DNA of 64,000 bases from Balanoglossus misakiensis (Eukaryota > Animalia > Hemichordata): positions 4,642,699-4,706,698 of the forward strand of contig CM082581.2 in NCBI GenBank assembly GCA_040954595.2, written 5' to 3'. Of the stretch, positions 1 through 11,251 are shown one piece after another (the stretch's first letter is position 1; the number at the start of each line of letters is the position of its first letter). The notes under the pieces were generated by a model. That model worked only from the letters and a program-made list of their open reading frames with translations. It was not told where the DNA came from and did not search any database. A program made the translations under genes and the position numbers.

Positions 1-1
1 G

Positions 2-162
2 AGGCCGAAGGACAGGATTATCTCTATGCTGAAGGCCGAAGGACTGGTTTAGCTCAGTTATTAAGGCCGAAGGACGGTGATACAATGTACCTCTATATTT
101 TAGGCCGAACGACACTATTATCTGTATGCTGAAGACTGAAGGACAGTAATATCTCCAAGCTA
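2..162. repeat. Degenerate tandem repeat, about 31-38 bp units with AGGCCGAAGGAC core (5 units, cut by window start)
   Basis: aggccgaaggac at 2, 33 and 64; aggccgaacgac at 102; agactgaaggac at 133. Intervening segments are partly similar (ttatctctatgctga / ttatctgtatgctga). Confidence 0.7.
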
Positions 163-1637
163 AATTGTCATTATTATCAACAAGTTGCCGCTACTTTCCC
201 TTCAAAGGGACATACATGTTGACGTAGGCATGTATAAACAATAGACTTTTTTCTCAATCTCTCGTATAACCTACAAAACCGTGCAAATTCTAAACTATTC
301 AGGTCTAATCTTGATCGCATTATTTACACGACAATACTTCCTTTATCATGTTTATGTGCATTAAAGTCTCATCTTAGGCCGATATGTGTAACATCTGTTC
401 TGTTCGATTCTCTACCATGACATTGGTATTATAGTTGAAAACACCCACCAAATGTTCTCCTTATGAGCTTGTCATATTTGCTTCGAGCATTGTGCTACCT
501 GTATGCCTGAATAACCCGTGCGTCTGCTCTTCCCTGTTAACCTTCAGTTTAAAACCATTTATCGTTGCGAATGGCGTCGAACGCAAAATGTTAACAGGTA
601 AATTCAAGTATTCGACTTATCCCAAACAGTTTTCTAGTGCTAATATACGACGTCATACAAAGGATCTTCAAGGTCGCAGGTATTATAGAATGACCAACGC
701 AAATGAGAAAACATTAGTTACCCTGGCTACAATGAAAATATACCTTTCTATGCAGTGTATGAAATTGCCTGCACTTGCCTCATCATGCACCCGTCTGTGT
801 GTCGCTATACAATAGAGATTGGTGTAACGACGAAGTTCCGGTCTACATTTTTTTCAATAAACATTAGACCAACTTGCTGATTACTCTAGTCCTTTTTTCT
901 CCCGTTTATAGACAGTAGAGTCTATGGTTACTCCATGCTACGTCTTATCAGTTGCTAATCCAGAATACAAGCTACCGAGCTACCATATGCCATAAACTCT
1001 GAATATCTCTTCGTATATTTTCTAAGCAACTTTTGTCAGAAGCATTATCAACTCGAAGTCAGACTCACCGGATTATTTTTTTTATTTTGTGAACAGAGCA
1101 ACTTCCACTTAACAACATATTGAAGGACCAAAATTCGAACCAATGAAATTAAAAGGGATTGAAACTAATAAAATATGCAAATATGAGTCTTTTGTTTTAT
1201 GCCATGTAAAGGCATAGGGAGAAAATTGCTGATTTGGGGTAAGTCTGAGATCGTGACTAACATACTTAGGATAGTTTGATTTTTAACGTGCAAAATGTCT
1301 TGAACAGGACAAGACCTCCGCCATAATATATTACGGAGCATACTTTACACAAATCACGTAGGCCTAAACTTTGGAGGTTTAAACATGCCGATAAATGGCC
1401 GGGCAAAACAGCATTGTCTATACTACCTGGGTGAAATAATTTTAAAATGCTGGTATATCAGAATTGCAGCGCGGGGGGGGGGGGCGTGACATTTTTGTCA
1501 CGTGCGATTTTTATTCGCTTGTCGGGGAGGATCATCTTTAGTAGATCACCCATCTCTCCGCGCTCGAGCCACCTCCCTGTTGACAATCGAACAGTCCGTT
1601 AAAAAGTCTCAGACAAGGCAAGGCTGTGTGGTTGACG

Positions 1638-3590
1638 ATGCTGTGTACAAAGATCACAGGACATGCCGTCAGGAAAATGAGTTTGAAACCTATCATTGGA
1701 ATCGCAATTACTATCGCCTCTGTTGGATTGTATGGGCTTTACTCTTGGAGGGGAGTTGGTCTAAACATACCCGATGTTCGCACACCAGGGTAAGACAGCA
1801 AATATTCTATACTGGATATCGAATTTTAATTATGTACATGCACGAGAATATGCTACAGAGTATGTATCGTAGCAAATTTTGCTACGTGACAAATTCTCAA
1901 ACTTTAACTTTTTACAGAACTAATCCCAACCCAAAGAACCGATGGCTAATGACGGCCAAGTGAAAGTCTAATCTATTTCGAATAAAAATATTTTGCTATC
2001 TGGCGTTATTTTGACCTAAATCGTACTTCAGCTAGGACTGGCGACCGTGCGATTTTGATCGGGTAGCGAATGTTGTATTCGACATCGACAGCTGGCGACA
2101 TGGTTTGCCGCTAAACAACCTGACGATACATACCATTCGTCCGTTGACCCAGAATAATACTTCTACAAACCGCGAAACCTTCTCATTTACCATCATATTT
2201 CCCGAATTGTACTTTTTACAGTTATTTATGAACAATTCCAGTTTACGACACATGGTGAAAAGATAAGAATACTATTGTGCGTATTCACGTTTTCGGTTAT
2301 ATATAACCCACATGATCAACATATAAACAAATTAACATCTAACTTTTTAGGATGAAAGATTAACGTAATCGATAACATTTATATCTATCATCTACATTTA
2401 TGCATGTTTCAAAAGTTTCGGAGTTGCGTGAAAATCTAAAATTTTCTGATTTATTTACGTATTTACATTTCCAACCAAATGCCGATGATGTCGGAATAAC
2501 ACAAAGTTTACACCAGCATGGCAAAAATCATTATCAAAATTATCCTCTGGTTCATTTTATTAGAGAAATGAAACAAACCCACCTTGGTATTGGACGCGAA
2601 GAACAAACTGTGAGCAGACTGTATCCATGGATGGTGCGACGAAATTATCTGCCAAATTTCTTTACTCGTCCGGTGAACAAAATGACGTCAGAGAGAGCGC
2701 CACCAGACGCAGCATACGCAAACAGTACCGTGGTCTTCGTTCATAACACGAAGTCTGGAGGCACAACATCCAAAGCTTGCCTTTCACGGATACTGAGAGA
2801 CATGGGTGAGGCGCATGCTCAGCTCATAGGCAACCCCAATGGAATTCGTCTCTATGCCCGGATGTTGACGGAGGGAAGGGATCAAAATCTCGCTAAGTCC
2901 TACGTTGGCAGTTTAACGTTTCCCGTGTGTGATTTTACAACGAAGCCTTGTGGAACGTTCACGGTTTTGCGGGATCCCTATGAACGGCTTATTTCGTCCT
3001 ACAACTTTTGCGGAGCCTTCAGCAAGCAGCCTCAGTGTTCGATGCGACGCATAGGTAAGATGACAATGAAAGAATGGGGCATTCATCAGGGTAGTCAGTT
3101 TTTCCGACAAATACTACTAAATCCGGTGTTTTTTACACCGGACTATTTAAACCTTCTGGATGAAGTTCGCACTGCCGAGGACCCAGTAACTGATCGCATT
3201 GCACCGTTTTGGATAAATTCACTGATTTTGGACCATGTCGTAGAGGAGGGACACAAAGCTCTGATTTTGGATTACGTTTTGGACAACCTGGAATTGTGGT
3301 TCGCCGTCATAGGTTTGACCACTGAGTACGACACAACGTTCAAGCTTCTTGAACGGGCCTTCAAACTTCCCTTCTACGATAAATGCGCTGGCCAACACGA
3401 AAACGCGAGGAAATATTTAGATGAAGACGAGAACGCTAAGAAAACCAAACAGGAAATCGTTGAAAAGCTAAGGAAGGAACTTTCTTCCGATCAGGCCGTG
3501 AGAGAAGCGCTTCACTACGACATCGAAATTTATCGGAAGGCTGCTGACATTTTCAGAAAACAAAAACTGGCTTTCGAAAACGACTATTAG
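1638..3590 (+). CDS. Golgi-type (type II membrane) carbohydrate sulfotransferase, Sulfotransfer_2 / HS6ST-Gal3ST-like; exons 1638-1789, optional 1918-1959, 2564-3590
   Basis: Exon 1 encodes MLCTKITGHAVRKMSLKPIIGIAITIASVGLYGLYSW (signal anchor) and ends at a phase-2 GTAAGA donor. The phase-2 acceptor ttttattag at 2563 is in frame with ORF 2400-3590. That ORF carries the PAPS-binding 5'PSB motif VFVHNTKSGGTT and the 3'PB motif LRDPYERLISSY. Confidence 0.88.
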
Positions 3591-4887
3591 TCCACAGACT
3601 GAGATTTCTTGGTATAAATGTGGAGTCCACGATTGTTGAATTATGGCATTTAGGAAGTAGTTGTACACACCAATGTGTGTAATATTGTCACAGTAAATTA
3701 GGTAAATGTGTGATTGTTAAATTATTAAATGATAACAAATGCAGCAAGGAATTCAAAGGACTGTGTCGTTTTGTTGTTGGGAATTTCTTCATTTTTAAAG
3801 TCGGATCTTTAGCATAATGTGTGTGTGTGTGGATATATATGTGTATTAACTTTTAAAGATGACGCTCTCCCCTAAATTGATTTGAACGCCCACCAATGGG
3901 ATCGGGTTTGCATTATTTTTTGTTGCATTCTACAGGCTTTATTTCTGGAGTCAAACTGGTTGGACACTCACCAAATATAGCATCGGATATTTTAATAAAA
4001 ATAGTTGCATTAAAGGGAAGTCGAATTTGATAATAATTTATTGCTTTGCCGCTTGCACACAACTTAACTATGTACACGTGAGCATATTCAGTTCATAGTT
4101 CTGCAGCCTGATGTCAGTAGGTTAAAGGTCACTAAGTGGACTTTCGACTGACAGCTGTCATGTACAGTCTCAGTACCGAGGTTTGCAATAGGACTGCTGC
4201 AGTGAGCGATGGCAAGTGCAGTTAGAGTAATGTACAATTTTCTGGGCAACTCTGGCCTCAGAGTTTCTAATATTTGTCTTGGGACGCTGACATTCGGCGA
4301 AAACAAGGTAATATTGTCACGTATACTTTACTCGAAACGTATTAAATAGAAACGTTCGCCATTTTCTTTGCTGGTGTCGATTCACTATCTCAGGCTACAG
4401 ATAAGCGTCACTCGCAGTCTCCGACCATAGAGGGGCGTGGGCACTCCTCCTGACCATATAGCTCGGGAACCTGGTACTAGTATACATCAAGACGTACCTA
4501 AACCAAACCAACCCATGTGGACGACGCAGTACTTCTACAGATAGGGAAAATTTGTCAGAAATCTAAATAGCCCGAAATTTGCGAGTACACTGCAAGAGAC
4601 TGTATTTGATTTAGATGTTTACAAAGTACTCGCGTGACTTCACACGGAGAGGTATGCTTCTGATCGAACACGAACGACAACACATCAGTCATGTTTATTC
4701 AAATTAGGCGGGTGGTGGTCATACGTGACGTGTATGAACGTCCTCACTAGGTCAATAAAAATGCAAACAGTTAAAAGGTTTGATTGGCGTGTTTACAGAT
4801 TACCCGAGTGAGTGACTTCACGCAGTGGGGGCAGGTTTAACATGAACGATATAATTTATCGCCCATGTGCTTATATCCTCCGGTTAA

Positions 4888-5836
4888 GGGACCGTTCAGT
4901 TTTTACGGCAGGGGGGGGGGGGGCTGGCAAGTTTGTGTCATCGGTTCTCAAAATCAGGCCGACCCCCCCTTCACCCAGCCCAAAAAAATGATGACCCCCC
5001 CTTTGACAGACCCAAAAATATGATGACCCCCCCCCCCCACGCCGAAAACATTCGCCATCCTGATCCTATGTATACACTGTATGCAATAAAGGGAATGGGG
5101 CTCCTCACCCCTCAATTATAAATTACTTAAAGTAATTGAATTATTTAATAATATCGTTGCAATAAAGAAATCTATGAACAAAGTAAAATGACAAGTCAAT
5201 ACAATAGTTGCTAGAATTGGTAAAACAAGTGGCGGGGGTGGGCGTGGGAGGGGGTGTCCCCCTCCCACATAAGAAAATTTTGTAAAATATGTAGCTCAAA
5301 GTTGCATTTTTATGAACTCAAAAGCAAATTCATCTCAATGTTTGGGAGGACCAATTTTATTTTTTGCCATTCCACTCAAAGTTAGAAGATTTGGCGTCAT
5401 CTTCGTCATGACATCATTTATAAAACTTCCAGCATATAGAAGATGCAGCACGAAACTATCAGTTATGCAATATGGTTTAAACGTTTATTCTCCTTTATGT
5501 ATTAACTTTGTTAAATATTATCATCAGTGGGTTTGGGGTGGCAAGCACTCTGCCCTGGTAGAATAGTCAAAGCAGCAAAAATCGATATGTAGCAAAGAAT
5601 GTAGGGGGTGGGTGTGGGTCCCTCCCACATTAGAAAATTTTGTAAAATAAAGGGCGCGAAACTGCAATTTTGTGGACTCAAAAGCAAAAGTTTGGTGGCA
5701 AAAGTATGTGACCCCCCCCCCTAAACGTTTAAAAAAACCAGATGACCCCCCCCCCTTTTGGACTTCAAAATTCAAGTGACCCCCCCCCCCTGGATTTTGC
5801 CGCCCCCCCCCCCCGCCGTAGAAACTGAACGGTCCC
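4888..5836. mobile_element. Non-autonomous PIF/Harbinger-like (Tourist-type) DNA transposon
   Basis: TIRs GGGACCGTTCAGTTTTTACGGC / GCCGTAGAAACTGAACGGTCCC. TAA target duplication at 4885-4887 and 5837-5839. Repeated TGACCCCCC subterminal motifs. Internal direct repeat of about 80 bp (about 5250-5330 and 5610-5690). Confidence 0.85.
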
Positions 5837-5839
5837 TAA

Positions 5840-6028
5840 AGGTATACGGTCACCCATTGAAAATTAGCTATACACTGTAGTTACCATGGCAAAATGAGAT
5901 CTAGCCAATCACTGATTTTCAGTGGGTGGCACACGCGGAAAAAGGGCGCCACCATATGTTCTTTAGAATGCCCAAATACGCCATTTCAGCCATATATGGG
6001 CATATAAATTGGAGGTGACTGTATACCT
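5840..6028. mobile_element. TTAA-targeting MITE family A (Kolobok-like), copy 1, in opposite orientation to the other copies
   Basis: TIR AGGTATACGGTCACC / GGTGACTGTATACCT with TTAA at 6029. Internal sequence matches copies at 16883, 19791 and 25063. Confidence 0.85.
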
Positions 6029-9000
6029 TTAAACGTACAGTACTCACTGGTCCTCAAGCGGCAATATGGAAATTCTGCGGTTTTGTCGTGGAAATGTTTA
6101 AGAAAATGAGACGCAAAATAACTGAAACATCCAAAGAATACTAGTACATATAAGCCCTGTGTTATAAAACGGAATATTTTGTTTCTGGTGCGATGCTGTC
6201 TGAAATCAAATTTTCAGAAAGTAGCGAACAGTAGGGTGGAGCCATTCTCCAGAAATACGCATATTTTCCTTCATCTTCGACAAAATAACGCCGGCCTGGC
6301 CACCCGACATCTTTCGCCGGTATTTGAATGGTTGAAAAGTCAGTGAACAAACACGGCGTTATAGCCTAGGTGCTCCGGCTGGCTTTCACGGTTAGAATTT
6401 ATTTTGAGGTAATGATCTACGGAATATCTGACGGACGACCGAACAACGCGCATACATGTAAGCTCAAAGATTCACCGTCGTTAGGTTCACACCTTTCTGG
6501 AAACGAACTCGCGAGATTAATTAAAAAAAAAACAATCACCAGAGACTCGGTTCTAATACACTTGCGATGGACATGGGAGACCGAGTCCACTAGCAGAGAT
6601 GTGATTCTAAAGAAACTACGATGTTGATCCAAAACAAAATGCACAGTTTGAATTCTATATTTTCACTTCAGTTAGGTCGGCCTGGTCAGTGCGATGAAAA
6701 TTCATCGCATCAGTTGTTGGACCGATTTGCGGAGGGCGGCGGTAACTTTATCGACACTGCTGATAGTTATCAGGAAGGTACAGCTGAGGCTTATGTTGGA
6801 TCATGGATGAAGAAGTAAGTGTGAAAAAATTCCTTTTATTTTATTCTGTCATTTTGTTAATTGAGGAAATGATCAAAATTCAGTTATTTGCCCCGATATA
6901 CCTCCGCGTTTTCAGATATTCTACACGTTGCTGATATATGATACGTGTAGCTTTACTGGTAACTGTTAAAAATATACTACTGTGTCATATATAAAGGGAA
7001 TTATTGGTGTACTTATTCTATTATAAGTCGGAGAATCAAACTGTTGTACGGGTTGCTGCTTCTCGGTGCCGATTTTCCACTACACGGCGTTTTCTTCACA
7101 GGAGACGAAACAGGGAGAATATGGTGATTGCCACAAAGTGTCGAAATAACACCAACCCAGGCAGTCCGAACGGAATCGGTTTAAGTCGGAAGCACATCCT
7201 GTGGAGTGTTGAAAACAGCTTGAAAAGATTACAGACAGATTACATCGACCTCTACCAGGTAAAGAAAAATGAATAGGCGTTTTTGAAAAATCAACTATAC
7301 GTATCTTTATACTGGGAAGGGTATCATTCGATACATAAACGATGAGTTTCGATTTACCACCTGTTCTCCATATAAAGAACATTTTGGACCCAAGGTTTAA
7401 AGCCGCTAATTTAAACATTACATTTTCCCAAAATCAAATCCTTCCATGTTTATTGTTCCAATATCAGTACCTTTTTGAAATCTGCCGTTTTCAATTTTGC
7501 TCGTTTCAGATTCACTGCTGGGACAAAGCAACGCCAATCGAAGAAACTCTACGCGCAATGGAGGATCTGGTCCGTAGTGGAAAAGTCAGATACCTGGGTG
7601 CCAGTAATGTAAAAGGATGGCAGATGCAAAAAATCGTCTACGAATGCAAGAACTGAACTTACTTTTATGTTATCATAATCTTTAGGCATGCACCCATATT
7701 ACCAGTCTCCGCCGTTTACACAAATTTGACACGCAAGCAAATCAACCAAATGAGTCTCTTTTCAAAACAACGAAAACATCAGCGTTACTGCGGAGATTGT
7801 TGAACCAAAACTACCTCTGTCAATATGCATCAGTAAATAATACAAATGACCACCACACCATGAGGTAACTCGACAGATTAAATTATTTGCCTGAAAACTT
7901 GAAGTTGATCACCGTTAAATTTGATGACTTCTTACGCTGTAAATGATTCGACACAATCTCGAATGTAGAAGATATCGGAACGATTTAAAGGAGGTTAATT
8001 TTGGTAGAATGCGTTCCCACCACACGTGAATAAATGTTACTAAGATAGATCAGTATATAGTTGGAATTACCACCAATTGATCTGTTAACTACCGGACCTT
8101 TCTTCGCCAAACTTAATCAATGAACATGTTGAATTGAATGGAAGATGTACTGTAATTGTCATTGTCAAAGTGGTATGTGCATTTGTTTCCGTAGGCGCAG
8201 TACAGTCTGTTGTGTAGAGGTGTTGAACAGGAAGTGGTTGATGTCTGCAAGAATGAAGGGTGGGCTCTGTTGCCATGGAGTCCGCTTAAAGGGTGAGGTA
8301 ATCATAAACTTTCTGCCGCTAAACAGTGTAAAATACTGGTAATGCCTTCTCAGTACTTTATCAATATCGCGACACTTTAAAATCAATCATTCGGTTCTTT
8401 TCAAACATTTTCTTACTAAACAAATCGGTACAAAGTGGACCACGTTGGTATACAGACTTGATTTGAACTTATTTGGTTGACTGTAGGAGGATCATTTTGT
8501 ATTGGACCCTGGCAGTTTATATGGAAAATTCGAACTCTGGCCGGGGAGTAGAACAACGGAAATGCTCCTCATTAATTTAATAGGCGCATCCACCACTGAC
8601 AATTGAATCTTTTTTTTTCTATTTCCAAAATGGCTGACAGTGGTTGGTTGACGGGCAAAGCCAGGAAAGGTGTGCTGCCACCAAGCGGTAGCCGTATGGC
8701 CTTCGTGGAAGCGGATCGACAGCGCGAATACGATAGTCACCCTAGCTACTCCGCCTTTGGAGAAAATTCACAAGTGGCAAATCTGATAGAATATATGGAC
8801 ACGATTGGGAAAGAGAATGGTAAATAATCGCGCACGAGTTCGGTAGAACTATAGCCGATAGGTCCATGCGAGTGAAAGTTTGAAGGTTTCGTGGACATTT
8901 CACCATCATTTTACCGGATAAAGTTGGGATTTGTCACCGAACTCTCCATTAACTTACGTAAAATTACTGGTTGTTTTGTTTGAGGTGTTTCACAGGTAAA

Positions 9001-10837
9001 TCTGTCGCTCACGAAGCTCGAGCAAAGACTTCAGAACACTTATGAAACGTGAACATGCCTGAATTCGTTGTAGCTATAGCGTGAGAAATTCAAGTATGGA
9101 GTATTTTTCGTTTATAAAATTGTGGATTATTTTACATGGTGTTTCCCCAGGTAAATCCATAGCTCAAGTTGCCATTCGCTGGTTGCTACAAAAAGACACA
9201 GTTCCCTCGGTCGTGATTGGAGCAAAGACTTTACAACAATTGGATGACAACATGGGTGCCGCCATTGGCTGGGAACTGACAGATGAACAGGTGGGAAGTT
9301 GGACGCGTGTGTGAGTGGATGGATGTTGAACTGCAATGGTGTGTCCAGACTACGAATTTGATGTGGCTATCTAAACATGTGACTTAAAGTTGATCAATTT
9401 GACAGAACATCTGAAATGTTTTCCTACGATAGGTGTTCAAGACAAAAGCTTGTAGGAACCGACGTTTAGATACCAATTAAAAATGCAGGGTGTTTTGCAA
9501 CGTTAGGTTACCAGTTGTCTGTGATAGACACATGATTTTGAATAATTGATTTTTAAATCGATTTTTTTAAAAATCACAGATGGAAGAACTCGATACCCTG
9601 AGTGTCACTGAACTACCCTACCCCTATGGTATTATAAACCGGAAGAACGTCGACCGGATCAGAACGTCCTGGTGTAAATGATCATCAAAGCGCATCCACC
9701 TATGGTGTTTCGTAGAACCAGACCATTCGACTTCTGAAGGCAGAAGATATTGCGTGTCTGTGTGACGTCCCGAACAATTTTGTACTCGATTACCCGCGAC
9801 AGGGGAGTCTGACGAATGAGTAACACTGTACTTTGCTGTCTTCCTGAATATTTTGTTATTTGCCAAATAAAGTCGTTGGACTTCGCCTGTTGAATAACAG
9901 TATAAGTAACATATGGTGTGGCACCCCCTGTCATTTTTCAACTCTGGCTCGAAAACCCCTTGAAGACCGTCCATCTCACTAAATCGGGACTCCATAATGA
10001 TGTCAACTTTCAGACTCAATTCTGTCTGGTTAAGGCGTGCTCTCGATACTTCGAATATATCATTATCAACTTTTGCTCGTAGCGAAGGAAAGATTTTTGG
10101 AGATTTTGTACATGTAGGTTGCATTCCAAAGAGGCCCAGATTTCAGTCTTAGCTGTGCCAATCATATGGATCGGCCGCATGCGTGTTGTCCAGCAGACTG
10201 CTGGGATTGGCCTAAAAAACACGTGTCCATGTTCGTATGCCCAGATTCACAAGTTGGCCCAAGGGTTCGGAGGAATTCACGAATAATCGTCGAAATATAA
10301 TTGAATCAGAAAAGACGAGCTTGAACAAATAACTATGGGGAACCAGCAGACTTCGTTGTATTCACGTCCGACGCACAAAACAGACATTTTACTAGACTGT
10401 TGACAGCCACTGGTGCCGTTTTTGCCATTTTTCGCGAACAAGTCCTACTATTTGTAACTTTTGACCATTTGTTGTTATATGTGACCCACTGGCCTCGTTT
10501 TCGCATCGTCTGCATGACGTCATGTTTTTGAAGGGCGCCCTCTTTAGGAAAAGGCCATATTGGTTAGATAGTTATTCAACTCCTGCATGTTTTGGCAAAA
10601 GATGTAGGATCAGCAAATGGGATATGAATTGAGCCAGATGATTATGGATGGATCAGAGGACTTCAAAATACATACATTGGTGGATTTGATGAAGTACTCT
10701 TTGTGCTATATGCAAACCATTTGTAATTAAAGGATATCTATAATTGTTTAATTGAAAAATGGATAAATTACAATCTGTTCAATGTAGCAGCCGTCTTACT
10801 TTGTAGAGACTCAGAGAGATTTTATCAGTGCACGTAG

Positions 10838-11251
10838 TAGTCTCGGTTACCCAGACGCCTTTGCTTCTTCCGGTGCTCTCCAGAAAAGGGTCTGGGGAAA
10901 TGCTATTGAAAGCTTTGTAAAACAAAATGGCCGATGACCCGGGTCACTGACTCTCGACAATGTGTGATTATTTGTCGTATCTTCATATCAAGAGACCGGT
11001 ACTTGTTGGTTGATGCGAAAGGCAAAAGGCGTCCTCTGTTAGCATTGTTGGAGAAATTATATGAAATATCTTTGGTAGACGATTGTCAAAACTATTGCAG
11101 TGACCCGGGTCATACAGACAGCTCAGCCAATCAGGCGATGATCAAAATCCTGACATAGGCCATTTTGTTTTACAAAGCTTTCAATAGCATTTCCCCAGAC
11201 CCTTTTCTGGAGAGCATCGGAAGAGCAAAGGCGTCTGGGTAACCGAGACTA
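10838..11251. mobile_element. Non-autonomous DNA transposon with long TIRs, TAG..CTA ends and 9-bp TSD (AcademH-like)
   Basis: Near-perfect TIR of about 95 bp starting TAGTCTCGGTTACCCAGACGCC. Perfect TSD TGCACGTAG at 10829-10837 and 11252-11260. Confidence 0.88.

Larger units (their letters stand above)
4209..9681 (+). pseudogene. Aldo-keto reductase (aryl-alcohol dehydrogenase / YajO / Kv-beta-like branch), 8 exons, exon 4 disrupted in this sequence
   Basis: Exons: 4209-4307 (YNFLGNSGLRVSNICLGTLTFG); 6672-6814 (GGNFIDTADSY); 7102-7258 (VIATK...[14 protein letters not shown]); 7510-about 7710 (IHCWD...[10 protein letters not shown]); 8195-8292 (QYSLL...LLPWSPLKG); 8641-8819; 9151-9290 (AQVAIRWLL...VVIGA); 9580-9681 (stop). 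All other junction phases agree and the D-Y-K-H tetrad is present. Exon 4 has an in-frame TGA at 7654 and no GT donor. AKR identity is firm; pseudogene status is less certain. Confidence 0.75.

Noticed and set aside
1-162. CRISPR-like repeat-spacer appearance
   Set aside because: The core is only 12 bp, the linkers resemble each other, there are no cas genes, and the context is a spliced eukaryotic genome.
7654-7656. TGA in AKR exon 4 as selenocysteine
   Set aside because: Read-through sequence is not AKR-like, the homologous residues resume out of frame, and the donor is still missing.
9624-10124. 166-aa minus-strand ORF
   Set aside because: It overlaps the AKR last exon and 3'UTR, and has no motifs or splice support.
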